Below, one piece after another: positions 21,283-29,128 of a stretch of 64,000 bases of DNA. The stretch is from an uncultured Actinomycetes bacterium (GTDB lineage: Bacteria > Actinomycetota > Thermoleophilia > Solirubrobacterales > 70-9). The stretch lies in the NCBI GenBank assembly GCA_963714045.1, contig OY970225.1, positions 1,775,877 to 1,839,876 of the forward strand, written 5' to 3'. The stretch's first letter is position 1. Every line of letters starts with the position of its first letter. Below the pieces are notes generated by a model. The model did no database searches and was not told the DNA's origin. It worked only from the letters and a program-made list of their open reading frames with translations. A program made the position numbers and the translations under genes.

Positions 21283-21839
21283 GCCGTCGTCACCGCCGCG
21301 CTCGGCTCCGAGATCGTCATCTCGTCGACCCCGTCGGTCTCCTCGAGGCGGACGTTGACGCGCTCCTCGAGCGCGGTCGGCAGGCTCTTGCCGACGTAGT
21401 CGGGCCGGAAGGGCAGCTCGCGGTGCCCGCGGTCGCAGAGGACCGCGAGCTGAACCCGCTGTGGCCGCCCGTAGTCGAACAGGGCCTCGATCGCTGCCCT
21501 GACCGTGCGACCGGTGAAGAGGACGTCGTCGACGAGGACGACCGTGCGGCCACCGAGGTCGAAGTCGATGTGCGACGCGTGGACTACCGGCTGCGTGCCA
21601 GGTGCCTTGGCGCCCACGTCATCGCGGTAGAAGGAGATGTCGAGGTCGCCGATCGGCAGCTCGGTCCCCGTCAGCTCGGCGAGAAAGGCGTGCAGGCGGC
21701 GGGCGAGATGGGCGCCGCGAGTATGGATGCCGACCAGCGCCAACTCCCCGGCATCGGGGTTCTTCTCGACGATCTCGTGCGCGATCCGCCTCAGCGTACG
21801 CCCCAAATCGTCGTGCTCGAACACGACCTTCTCAGCCAC
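21279..21839 (-). CDS. pyrR: bifunctional pyr operon regulator / uracil phosphoribosyltransferase PyrR
   Basis: RIAHEIVEKN...VLVDDVLFTGRTVRAA PRT motif. I prefer the GTG at 21839, which lies 6 nt after AGGAAGGAAG. The ORF-track start at 21863 lies inside the predicted PyrR-binding loop. Confidence 0.88.
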   Translation of the reverse strand: MAEKVVFEHDDLGRTLRRIAHEIVEKNPDAGELALVGIHTRGAHLARRLHAFLAELTGTELPIGDLDISFYRDDVGAKAPGTQPVVHASHIDFDLGGRTVVLVDDVLFTGRTVRAAIEALFDYGRPQRVQLAVLCDRGHRELPFRPDYVGKSLPTALEERVNVRLEETDGVDEMTISEPSAAVTTA

Positions 21840-21845
21840 TCTTCG

Positions 21846-21869
21846 CTTCCTTCCTGGCCTCACAGGACC
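21846..21869 (-). promoter_or_regulatory. candidate PyrR-binding loop overlapping the pyrR Shine-Dalgarno
   Basis: The minus-strand RNA reads GGUCCUGUGAGGCCAGGAAGGAAG. GGUCCUGUGAGGCC resembles the PyrR site consensus ARUCCAGAGAGGYU. A small hairpin (CCUG-UGAGGC-CAGG) runs into the SD. Confidence 0.5.
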
Positions 21870-21904
21870 GGGTTAAAGGACGTGTGCAGCGTAGCAGCGC
21901 AGGA

Positions 21905-22034
21905 GGCGGGTCGGGTGAGGCCTCGTAGGTGCCTTGCAGTTGCGCTCCGGCGAGTGGCTCCTGCCCCGAAGGGGCACCAGATTGAACCGCCTCCGGCGGT
22001 TCCCAGGCACCTACGAGGCCTCACCCGACCCGCC
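21905..22034. repeat. 130-bp palindromic element with 29-bp perfect inverted arms
   Basis: GGCGGGTCGGGTGAGGCCTCGTAGGTGCC (21905-21933) is the exact reverse complement of 22006-22034. The 72-nt centre holds two small hairpins, TGCCCC-GAA-GGGGCA and AACCGCC-TCC-GGCGGTT. The right arm encodes the last residues and the stop of rnz. Confidence 0.85.
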
Positions 22035-22979
22035 GCGCTCCCTTGCTCCGTTGGGGACGAGCTCCGGCTCACCTCGCTCGGGGAAGGGGATCTCGATGAC
22101 GTCGAAGTCTTTGGGGGCGACCGTGGGCTCGAAGACATCCTGGGCCTCTTCGAGCATCTTGCCGACGTGGTAGCGGGAGGAGATGTGGACGAGGGCGAGC
22201 ATCTTCACGTGGGCCTCGGCGGCGACGGCGGCGGCCTGGGTGACGGTCGAGTGGCCGGTCTCGGCGGCCCGCGGGGCGTCCTCTTCGGCGAAGCTGGCAT
22301 CGTGGATCAGCAGCTCGGCGTCGGCGGCCGCGGCGACGGTGGATGGGCTGGGCGCGGTGTCGCCGGTGATGACCACGGTGCGGCCGGGGCGTGACTCGCC
22401 GACCACCTCGCCGGGACCTACCGGCCCGTCGGCCCCCCGCACCTCCTCCCCGCGCTGCAGAGCGGCGAACGCCGGGCCTTCGGGGACGCCGAGGCGCTTG
22501 GCCGCCTCGAGGTCGAAGCGGCCGGGGCGCTCCTCCTCGACCAGGGCGTAGCCGTTGGCGCGCGTGCTGTGGGCGGCTTCGAAGGGCTGGACCTCGTAGC
22601 CGTCGTGGGCGACCGCCTCGCCGGGCTCCAGCTCGACCAGCCCGACCTCGAATTGGAGCCGGCCGACGATCGGCTTCAGCACCGCGAAGAGGTCGCGCAG
22701 GCCCCGCGGGCCGTGGATCGTCAGCGGCGCCTCGCGGTCGGTGAGGTCGTAGGTCTTGAGCAGGCCCGGCAGGCCGAGGACGTGGTCGGCGTGGAAGTGG
22801 GTGAGGTAGATCTCGTCGACCTGGGTGAGGCCGAGGGAGCGCTGCATCTGGCGCTGCGTCCCTTCGCCGCAGTCGAACAGCAACCGCTCCCCCCCACGCG
22901 AGATCAGCACGCTCGCCGTCGAGCGCCGCGCCGAGGGCACCGAGCCACCGGTCCCGAGAAAGATCGCCGAAAGGTCCAC
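22011..22979 (-). CDS. rnz: ribonuclease Z (MBL fold)
   Basis: FLGTGGSVPS...LFDCGEGTQRQ...THFHADH. 322 aa. Confidence 0.88.
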   Translation of the reverse strand: MDLSAIFLGTGGSVPSARRSTASVLISRGGERLLFDCGEGTQRQMQRSLGLTQVDEIYLTHFHADHVLGLPGLLKTYDLTDREAPLTIHGPRGLRDLFAVLKPIVGRLQFEVGLVELEPGEAVAHDGYEVQPFEAAHSTRANGYALVEEERPGRFDLEAAKRLGVPEGPAFAALQRGEEVRGADGPVGPGEVVGESRPGRTVVITGDTAPSPSTVAAAADAELLIHDASFAEEDAPRAAETGHSTVTQAAAVAAEAHVKMLALVHISSRYHVGKMLEEAQDVFEPTVAPKDFDVIEIPFPERGEPELVPNGARERGGSGEAS

Positions 22980-23035
22980 GGCGGCGAGCCTACGCGACCT
23001 TCCCCTCGATGGTACCCGACTAAACTGGCCCGCAA

Positions 23036-23109
23036 GCGCCCGTAGCTCAGCTGGATAGAGCGCGTCCCTCCGGAGGACGAGGCCACAGGTTCGAATCCTG
23101 TCGGGCGCG
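23036..23109 (+). tRNA. tRNA-Arg (anticodon CCG)
   Basis: Manual cloverleaf: acceptor GCGCCCG/CGGGCGC; D arm GCTC-AGCTGGAT-AGAGC; anticodon arm CGTCC-CTCCGGA-GGACG; T arm ACAGG-TTCGAATC-CTGT; discriminator G. No CCA is encoded. Confidence 0.9.
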
Positions 23110-23122
23110 TAGCCTTTCGATC

Positions 23123-23180
23123 GAGTCCTGCCTTTCCGTTGGCATACACGGGAAACGCAGGACTCGTCCGCTGCGCGGAC
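23123..23180. terminator. two adjacent hairpins between tRNA-Arg and the convergent hydrolase gene (possible bidirectional terminator)
   Basis: GAGTCCTGC...GCAGGACTC (23123-23165) and GTCCGC-TGC-GCGGAC (23166-23180). Neither has a clear U-tract. Confidence 0.35.
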
Positions 23181-23186
23181 AAGCCG

Positions 23187-24107
23187 TCAGGCGGTTTTGA
23201 AGCGGGATCGCCACTCGTCGCGGTCGAACTTGGCCGGGTCGGTTTCGGCGAGGAAGCTCTCGAGGGTGGCGACGAAACGGGCCGGTTCCTCGATCTGGGG
23301 CAGGTGGCCGACGCCGTCGAAGATCTCGAGGCGGCTGCCCGGCAGGGTCGCGTGGGCGTCTTCGGCGTGGCTGACGGGGATGATCGGGTCGCGGGAGCCC
23401 CAGACGATCAGGATCGGCAGGGCGTCGGCCAGGTAGAGGCGGTCGCCGGCGGCGACCCGCTGGCCGCGGGTGCCGACGACCGAGCGCAGGGTGGCGAGGA
23501 AGGCGCGGCGGCGCTCCGGCTCCGAGAGCGAGGCGTAGCCGCGGGCGACCTCGCCCACGTCGGCGTTGGGGCGCAGGCCGATCGCCCCCAGGCCACGCCC
23601 CAGGGCCGACCCGACCTTCGAGCCGGCGGCGGCCGTGGCGGCGATGAAGAGGTCGGCGCCGGGCAGCGCCGCGGCGCGCAGGACCAGGCTCACGTCGGGC
23701 CCGAGGCCGCCGCTGGAGACGAGGACGAGGCGCTCGACCATCTCCGGAAACTGGTAGGTGAACTGCATCGCGATGCCGCCGCCGAGCGAGTGGCCGACCA
23801 GGGTGGCGCGATCGTGGCCAAGGGCCAGCAGCAGGTCGCGCAGGCCCGAGGCCAGCGAGCCGAGCGAGTAGTCGCCGCCACCGGGCTCGGACTCGCCGTG
23901 GCCGGGCAGGTCGGGGGCGATCACGGTGTGGGTCCGGGCCAGGGGCCCGACCACCGCGCGCCAGTTCTCGCAGTTGCCGGCCATGCCGTGGACCAGCAGC
24001 AGCACCGGGCCCGAGCCGGCCTGCACGTAGGTCACCGAGCGGCCGTGAACCTGGGCCGTCTTGGTCTCGACCTGACTTGCTCGCAAGGGCGTGGGCTTGC
24101 CTGCCAC
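23187..24107 (-). CDS. alpha/beta-fold hydrolase
   Basis: LLLVHGMAGN...GHSLGGGIA nucleophile elbow. 306 aa. Confidence 0.8.
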   Translation of the reverse strand: MAGKPTPLRASQVETKTAQVHGRSVTYVQAGSGPVLLLVHGMAGNCENWRAVVGPLARTHTVIAPDLPGHGESEPGGGDYSLGSLASGLRDLLLALGHDRATLVGHSLGGGIAMQFTYQFPEMVERLVLVSSGGLGPDVSLVLRAAALPGADLFIAATAAAGSKVGSALGRGLGAIGLRPNADVGEVARGYASLSEPERRRAFLATLRSVVGTRGQRVAAGDRLYLADALPILIVWGSRDPIIPVSHAEDAHATLPGSRLEIFDGVGHLPQIEEPARFVATLESFLAETDPAKFDRDEWRSRFKTA

Positions 24108-24185
24108 TCCTCCACGGTACTCCCCTCCGCGGGCGGGCCACCCGCTGTTCGCGAGCCCGGCCTCGATTCCAATACTGTCGCGGCC

Positions 24186-24941
24186 GTGACCGAGCCACCG
24201 CAGGAGACCCGCCCGCCTCGCGGAGCGCTCATCGTCATCGCCGTCGGACTGCTCGCCTGCCTCGCCGCCGCCCTGCTCACCACCGACCGCTCCAGCGGCG
24301 CCGCCGCCCAGCTGGAATGGATGCAGAGGACTCCGCTGCCGGACTCAAAGGCGGTCGCGGTGCCGGGCGGCGGTGGCCGGATGCGCCTGAGCGAAGCCGG
24401 CATCCGCGCTACCGGCGTCAACATCAGCGGCTACGAGCTCTACCGCGTCGCGGCCGTGCTCGGGATCGACGCCGGCTCGCCGGTGGGCGGCGGCCGGATC
24501 CTCTGCTCGATGCGGGCGCCGGGCGGGACCGAAGTCGCGCAGACGCCGGGGTCGCGCGCCACCTACCCGCGCTCGAGCGAAGAGCTGATCAAACAAGGGG
24601 TGCCGGAAAACGTCCTGGTCGAATTCAACGCGCTCGGGGCCGCCCTCGCCCTGCTCGAATTCGGCGACGCCTTCGAAATCGGGCGAAGCGGCGAAAGCTT
24701 CGCCAGCGAGCCCGGGATCAAGCTCGAATGGCCCACCTACGAAGTCGGCCGGGAGCGATGGGAATGGTTCCTTCCTCCGGGGCCGCCGTCACAGCCTCTC
24801 GAACTCGGCTTCGGCACGGTCTGGCGGACCACGAAGATCCCCGCCGCGCGGATCGCCTGCACCCTCACCACCAGCGCCGGCAAGACGACCGTGCGCACCC
24901 GGGGCGGGCTGAGCGAACGCTCCGAACCGATCGCCGAATAG
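24186..24941 (+). CDS. hypothetical membrane-anchored protein
   Basis: C-terminal 251 aa of the 600 aa ORF. GTG at 24186, one N-terminal TM helix (ALIVIAVGLLACLAAALL), and coding-like composition. No family recognised. Start uncertain. Confidence 0.5.
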   Translation: MTEPPQETRPPRGALIVIAVGLLACLAAALLTTDRSSGAAAQLEWMQRTPLPDSKAVAVPGGGGRMRLSEAGIRATGVNISGYELYRVAAVLGIDAGSPVGGGRILCSMRAPGGTEVAQTPGSRATYPRSSEELIKQGVPENVLVEFNALGAALALLEFGDAFEIGRSGESFASEPGIKLEWPTYEVGRERWEWFLPPGPPSQPLELGFGTVWRTTKIPAARIACTLTTSAGKTTVRTRGGLSERSEPIAE

Positions 24942-24956
24942 CGCGGGCGACGCCGG

Positions 24957-25715
24957 TCAACTCTGGGACGGGGCGAGGAGCAGCTCCGGTCCCTCGGACA
25001 TCCCCTTGCCGACCTTGTTCAGCGCCGGGTTGGCGGGAGCGCTGGACATGCGGGCGGCATCCAGCGGCGCGCACATCGCCACCGCGTCCTCGAGGCTGAG
25101 GTCGGGCCGCAGCCAGGCCGCCTCCGCCTCGGCGCCGGGGAGGATCGCCGGCATCCGGCCGTGGACCGGGGCGACCACAGCGTTTGGCGTCGTGGTGACG
25201 ATCGTGGCGCTGTAGAGCCAGCCATCGTCGAAGCCGCGGTCCTCGGGGTCCTCCCACTCTTTGCGGGTGCAGATGCCGGCGAAGGCGAAGGGCTCGCCGC
25301 CGTCGACGGTGAAGCGCCAGGGCTGGCGCGGCTGCTTGGGGTCCTCCGCCACCATCCACTCGTAGAAGCCGTCGGCGACGATCAGACAACGGTGGCGGAA
25401 CTTGCCGGCCAGCGGCGCGTAGGCGCGGCTCGACGTCAGGTTCTCGGCTTTGGCGTTGATCATCCGGTAGCCGACCTTGAGGTCCTTGGCCCAGCGCGGG
25501 ACCAGGCCCCAGCGCATCAGCCGCGCCTCGCGCTCGCCCCGCGCCGCCTCCTCGGGGTCGGGTGATGAGCGCACGGTGAGGATCTCCTGGGTCGGGGCGA
25601 CGTTGAAGCGGCCGAGTCCGTCGCCGCCCCGCTCCAGCGCCTTCTCCAGCTCGACCTGGAAGCGGTCGGCGATCGTCTTCGTGTCCTTGGCCGTGACCGT
25701 GAATCGCCCGCACAT
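24957..25715 (-). CDS. SOS response-associated peptidase (SRAP/YedK family, abasic-site processing)
   Basis: N-terminal MCGRF with the catalytic Cys2. NVAPTQ, YEW and HGRMPAIL motifs. Confidence 0.88.
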   Translation of the reverse strand: MCGRFTVTAKDTKTIADRFQVELEKALERGGDGLGRFNVAPTQEILTVRSSPDPEEAARGEREARLMRWGLVPRWAKDLKVGYRMINAKAENLTSSRAYAPLAGKFRHRCLIVADGFYEWMVAEDPKQPRQPWRFTVDGGEPFAFAGICTRKEWEDPEDRGFDDGWLYSATIVTTTPNAVVAPVHGRMPAILPGAEAEAAWLRPDLSLEDAVAMCAPLDAARMSSAPANPALNKVGKGMSEGPELLLAPSQS

Positions 25716-25717
25716 GG

Positions 25718-26713
25718 CTAGACGGAGACCTTTGCCGGCCGTGCCTCCGGGTGCTCGCGGTACCAGTCGAGCGCGCGGCCCAGGCCGTCCTCCAGCGTCA
25801 CCCCGGGGCGCCAGCCGGTCAGCTCGCGCAGCTTGGTCGAGTCGACGTACTGGCGGTCGATCTCGCCGCTGGGAGTGCCCGTGCCCAGGTATTCGGGCTC
25901 GATGCCGGTCCCGCTCGCGGCGGCGATCAGGTCGACCACCTCGCGCACCGGGTGCGGGCGCTCGCCCCCGGCGTTGAAGGCCTCACCCACTGCTCCGCCG
26001 CCGCCGAGCGCCGCGGCGATCGCCAGGTAGGCGGCGACGGCGTCGTCAACGTGGAGGAAGTCGCGTTCGGGGCTGCCGTCGGAACGAATCGCCGGGGGGC
26101 GGCCGTCGAGCACGGCGACGACAGTCTCCGGGACCAGGCGGGAGAAGTTGAGGTCGCCGCCGCCGTAGACGTTGGCGAAGCGGGTCACCGCCAGCGGCAC
26201 GCCGTAGGCGTTTGCGTAGCTGCGGGCGATGATGTCCGCCGCCGCCTTACTGGCGTCGTAGGGGTAGGCGGCGCGGAGGGGGAAGTCCTCGCGGTAGGGC
26301 AGCTCGGAGCTGGCGCCGTAGGCCTTGTCCGAGGAGGCGAAGACGACGCGCTCGGCCCCGTGCTCCCGGCAGGCTTCAAAGACATTCCAGGCGCCGCGCA
26401 CGTTGACCTCGAGCGTCTCCAGCGGCGAGGAGCGGGCGACGCCGACGATCGTCTGCGCGGCGAGGTGGAAGACCGAGTCGCAGCCGGCCACCGCGGCGGC
26501 GACCGCCTCGGCATCGCGCAGGTCGCCCTCGGCCAGCTCGACCTGCCCGCGCAGCCCGAGCAGATCGAGGCCGGAGCGGCGCGGCCCGCCGACGTCGGCG
26601 AGGCGCGGGTCGGGGCGGTCGAGCACCCGCACCTCCTCGCCGCGCGCCAGCAGCGCCGCCACCAGGTGAGAGGCGACGAAGCCGTGGCCGCCGGTGATGA
26701 GCGCCCGGCTCAC
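25718..26713 (-). CDS. NAD-dependent epimerase/dehydratase (extended SDR; sugar-nucleotide modifying)
   Basis: ITGGHGFVASHL Rossmann motif and YDASKAA (YxxxK). Coupled to rfbF by an ATGA overlap. Confidence 0.85.
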   Translation of the reverse strand: MSRALITGGHGFVASHLVAALLARGEEVRVLDRPDPRLADVGGPRRSGLDLLGLRGQVELAEGDLRDAEAVAAAVAGCDSVFHLAAQTIVGVARSSPLETLEVNVRGAWNVFEACREHGAERVVFASSDKAYGASSELPYREDFPLRAAYPYDASKAAADIIARSYANAYGVPLAVTRFANVYGGGDLNFSRLVPETVVAVLDGRPPAIRSDGSPERDFLHVDDAVAAYLAIAAALGGGGAVGEAFNAGGERPHPVREVVDLIAAASGTGIEPEYLGTGTPSGEIDRQYVDSTKLRELTGWRPGVTLEDGLGRALDWYREHPEARPAKVSV

Positions 26714-27450
26714 CGGGCCTCCACCGCGGCCGCGTCCCAGACCCGCCAGGGAGCCTCGCCGCTCGCCCAGAGGTCGTTCAGCGTCACCGCATCCTTGTAG
26801 GTGTCCATGCAGTCCCAGAAGCCCTCGTGGCGGAAGGCGCGCAGCTGGCCGGCGGCGGCGAGCGCCTCCAGCGGCTCTCGCTCCAGCACGCTGTCCTCCC
26901 CCAGGTAGGCGAGCGCGCCCGGCTCGAAGCAGAGGAAGCCGCCGTTGATCCAGTGCTCGCTGCGCGGCTTCTCGACGAAGCCGGCGACGCGCTCACCGTC
27001 GAGCTCGGCGACGCCCCACTGCAGGTCGGGCTGGACCACGGTCATCGTCGCCAGGGCGCCGTGGCGGCCGTGGAACTCGAGCTGTGCCCCGAGGTCGACG
27101 TCGGCGACGCCGTCGGCATAGGTGACGCAGAAGGGGTGGTCGTCGAGCAGCGGCGCCAGGGCCGCGACCCGTCCGCCGGTCGGCGTGTCGAGGCCGGTGT
27201 CGACGCACTCGACCTCGACCCCGGCCGGCCAGCGCTCGGAGGCGGCGAACTCCTCAACCGCCTCGCCGAGGTAGCCGGTCGCGAGCAGGAAGCGCTCGAA
27301 CCCCTGCGCGGCGTAGATCTGGATCACGTGCCAGAGGATCGGCCGGCCGCCGATCTCGACCAGCGCCTTCGGCACCGACTCCGTCCGCTCCCGCAATCGA
27401 GTTCCCCGCCCTCCGCAGAGGATGACGACAGTTGGGCGTCTGAGGGTCAT
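26710..27450 (-). CDS. rfbF: glucose-1-phosphate cytidylyltransferase
   Basis: VVILCGGRGTRLRERTESVPKALVEIGGRPILWHVI. 246 aa. Confidence 0.88.
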   Translation of the reverse strand: MTLRRPTVVILCGGRGTRLRERTESVPKALVEIGGRPILWHVIQIYAAQGFERFLLATGYLGEAVEEFAASERWPAGVEVECVDTGLDTPTGGRVAALAPLLDDHPFCVTYADGVADVDLGAQLEFHGRHGALATMTVVQPDLQWGVAELDGERVAGFVEKPRSEHWINGGFLCFEPGALAYLGEDSVLEREPLEALAAAGQLRAFRHEGFWDCMDTYKDAVTLNDLWASGEAPWRVWDAAAVEAR

Positions 27451-27559
27451 CCGGCAGGGGTGGAACGTCTTGTACTTTTTCGCCGCCGCTCGCCTGCGGC
27501 GCCAGCAATCAAGCGATCCACGAAAAAGTTAAGTGGAACCCCTGCCGGATGACCCTCAG
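27440..27559. repeat. 120-nt extended palindrome spanning the whole spacer between the sulfur-carrier gene and rfbF
   Basis: CTGAGGGTCATCCGGCAGGGGT (27440-27461) is the exact reverse complement of 27538-27559. There is an inner 9-bp stem, ACTTTTTCG/CGAAAAAGT. One arm holds the carrier-gene stop codon and the other the rfbF ATG. Confidence 0.8.
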
Positions 27560-27828
27560 CCACCCGCAACAGCCGGCAGAATCGTGACCTCGGCGCCGTC
27601 GGCAATCGCCGTCTCCAGGCCCTGCTGGAAGCGGATGTCCTCGCCGGAGACGTAGACGTTGACGAAGCGGCGCAGGTCGCCGTCCTGGGTGATCCGCTCG
27701 CGCAGGTCGGCGTGGGCGTCGAAGACGGCGTCGAGCACCTCGCCGACGGTGGCCCCGGCCACCTCGACCTCGGATTGGCCTGCGGTGGCGGCGCGCAGCT
27801 GGGTCGGGATCTTCACGGTGACTGGCAT
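27556..27828 (-). CDS. MoaD/ThiS/CysO-type sulfur-carrier protein (C-terminal Gly-Gly)
   Basis: 90 aa beta-grasp-like sequence ending ...ILPAVAGG. It starts immediately after the ThrC-like gene stop. Confidence 0.8.
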   Translation of the reverse strand: MPVTVKIPTQLRAATAGQSEVEVAGATVGEVLDAVFDAHADLRERITQDGDLRRFVNVYVSGEDIRFQQGLETAIADGAEVTILPAVAGG

Positions 27829-29061
27829 CTAGACGGCTACCTCCTGGCGGAACTCGGCCTCGAAGCTGTCGAGGTCGGGGTCGATCTCGTGCATCTGGAA
27901 CGTATCGCGGGTGGCGTCGAGGGTCTTCAGCCCCTCGCCGGTGATGTAGACGACGACGCGCTCGCCGGCGCCGAGCTCGCCGCGCTCGGCCAGCTTCTTC
28001 AGCACCCCGACGGTGACGCCGCCGGCGGTCTCGGTGAAGATCCCGGTGGTCTCGGCGAGCAGCCTGATTCCCTCGCGGATCTCGGCGTCGGTGACCGAGT
28101 CGATGCCGCCGCCGGTGCGGCGGGCCTGCTCGACCGCGTAGGGGCCGTCGGCCGGGTCGCCGATCGCCAGGCTCTTGGCGATCGTCTCCGGCTTCTGCGG
28201 CTTGCAGACGTCCCAGCCTTCGGCGAAGGCGGTGGCGACAGGGCTGCAGCCCTCGGCCTGGGCGCCGTTGAAGACCGGCTGGGAGCCCTCGAGCAGGCCG
28301 AGGTCGAGCCACTCCTGGAAGCCGCGGCCGAGCTTGGTGAAGAGCGAGCCGGAGGCGATCGGACAGACGACCCGATCTGGCAGCTCCCAGCCCAGCTGCT
28401 CGGCCGTCTCGTAGGCGAGGGTCTTCGAGCCCTCGGCGTAGTAGGGGCGCAGGTTGACGTTGACGAAGGCCCAGGGGCGGGTCTCGGCGAGCTGGGTGCA
28501 GAGCCGGTTGACGTCGTCGTAGTTGCCCCGCACGCCGACCAGGTTGGTCCCGTAGACGCCGGTCGCGAGCAGCTTCTGTTCCTCGAGGTTGGCGGGAACG
28601 AAGACGTAGGAGTCGAGGCCGGCGGCAGCGGCGTGGGCGGCGACCGCGTTGGCGAGGTTGCCGGTAGAGGCGCAGGCGACGGTGTCGAAGCCGAGCTCCT
28701 GAGCCTTGGCGACGGCGACCGCGACGACCCGGTCCTTGAAGGAGTGGGTCGGGTTGGCGGCGTCGTTCTTGATCCACAGCTCCGCCTCGACCCCGAGCCG
28801 CTCGGCGAGGCGGTCGGCGCGCAGCAGCGGCGTCAGCCCCGGCTCCAGCGGGTCGCCCGGGCGTCCCTCGAAGGGAAGGAAGTCGGCGTAGCGCCAGATC
28901 CCCTGTGAGCCGGCCTGGATCCGCCGCTTGACCTCGACCGGGTCCAGCCCGGAGTGGTCGTAGGCCACCTCCAGCGGTCCGAAGCAGTTTTCGCAGACGT
29001 AGCTGGCGTCCAGCGCGTACGCGGTCCCGCACTCCTTGCACTTCAGGCTCTCGATTGACAT
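27829..29061 (-). CDS. threonine-synthase-family PLP enzyme with N-terminal zinc ribbon (predicted homocysteine synthase; see findings)
   Basis: 410 aa. CKECG...CENC ribbon and the PLP lysine motif HSFKDR. Preceded by a SAM-I riboswitch. Confidence 0.85.
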   Translation of the reverse strand: MSIESLKCKECGTAYALDASYVCENCFGPLEVAYDHSGLDPVEVKRRIQAGSQGIWRYADFLPFEGRPGDPLEPGLTPLLRADRLAERLGVEAELWIKNDAANPTHSFKDRVVAVAVAKAQELGFDTVACASTGNLANAVAAHAAAAGLDSYVFVPANLEEQKLLATGVYGTNLVGVRGNYDDVNRLCTQLAETRPWAFVNVNLRPYYAEGSKTLAYETAEQLGWELPDRVVCPIASGSLFTKLGRGFQEWLDLGLLEGSQPVFNGAQAEGCSPVATAFAEGWDVCKPQKPETIAKSLAIGDPADGPYAVEQARRTGGGIDSVTDAEIREGIRLLAETTGIFTETAGGVTVGVLKKLAERGELGAGERVVVYITGEGLKTLDATRDTFQMHEIDPDLDSFEAEFRQEVAV

Positions 29062-29081
29062 CCGATCCTCTTTCTCGCTCT

Positions 29082-29112
29082 AAAGAAAAACCTCGCCGTG
29101 TGTGGGGCGAGG
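29082..29112 (-). terminator. riboswitch expression-platform intrinsic terminator
   Basis: The minus-strand RNA reads CCUCGCC-CCACACAC-GGCGAGG followed by UUUUUCUUU. The alternative pairing UGUGGGG/CCCCACA with the P1 3' strand would act as an antiterminator. Confidence 0.8.
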
Positions 29113-29128
29113 TCCGATCGGACGTCCC

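Noticed and set aside
23047-24198. A 383 aa minus-strand ORF overlapping the tRNA and the hydrolase gene.
   Set aside because: It is Arg/Pro-rich shadow sequence in an alternative frame of the alpha/beta hydrolase gene and runs across a tRNA gene.
23036-25715. tRNA-Arg as the attachment site of a genomic island (hydrolase, hypothetical protein, SRAP).
   Set aside because: No integrase, no direct repeat of the tRNA 3' end, no compositional break that I can see, and the adjacent genes are ordinary chromosomal types.
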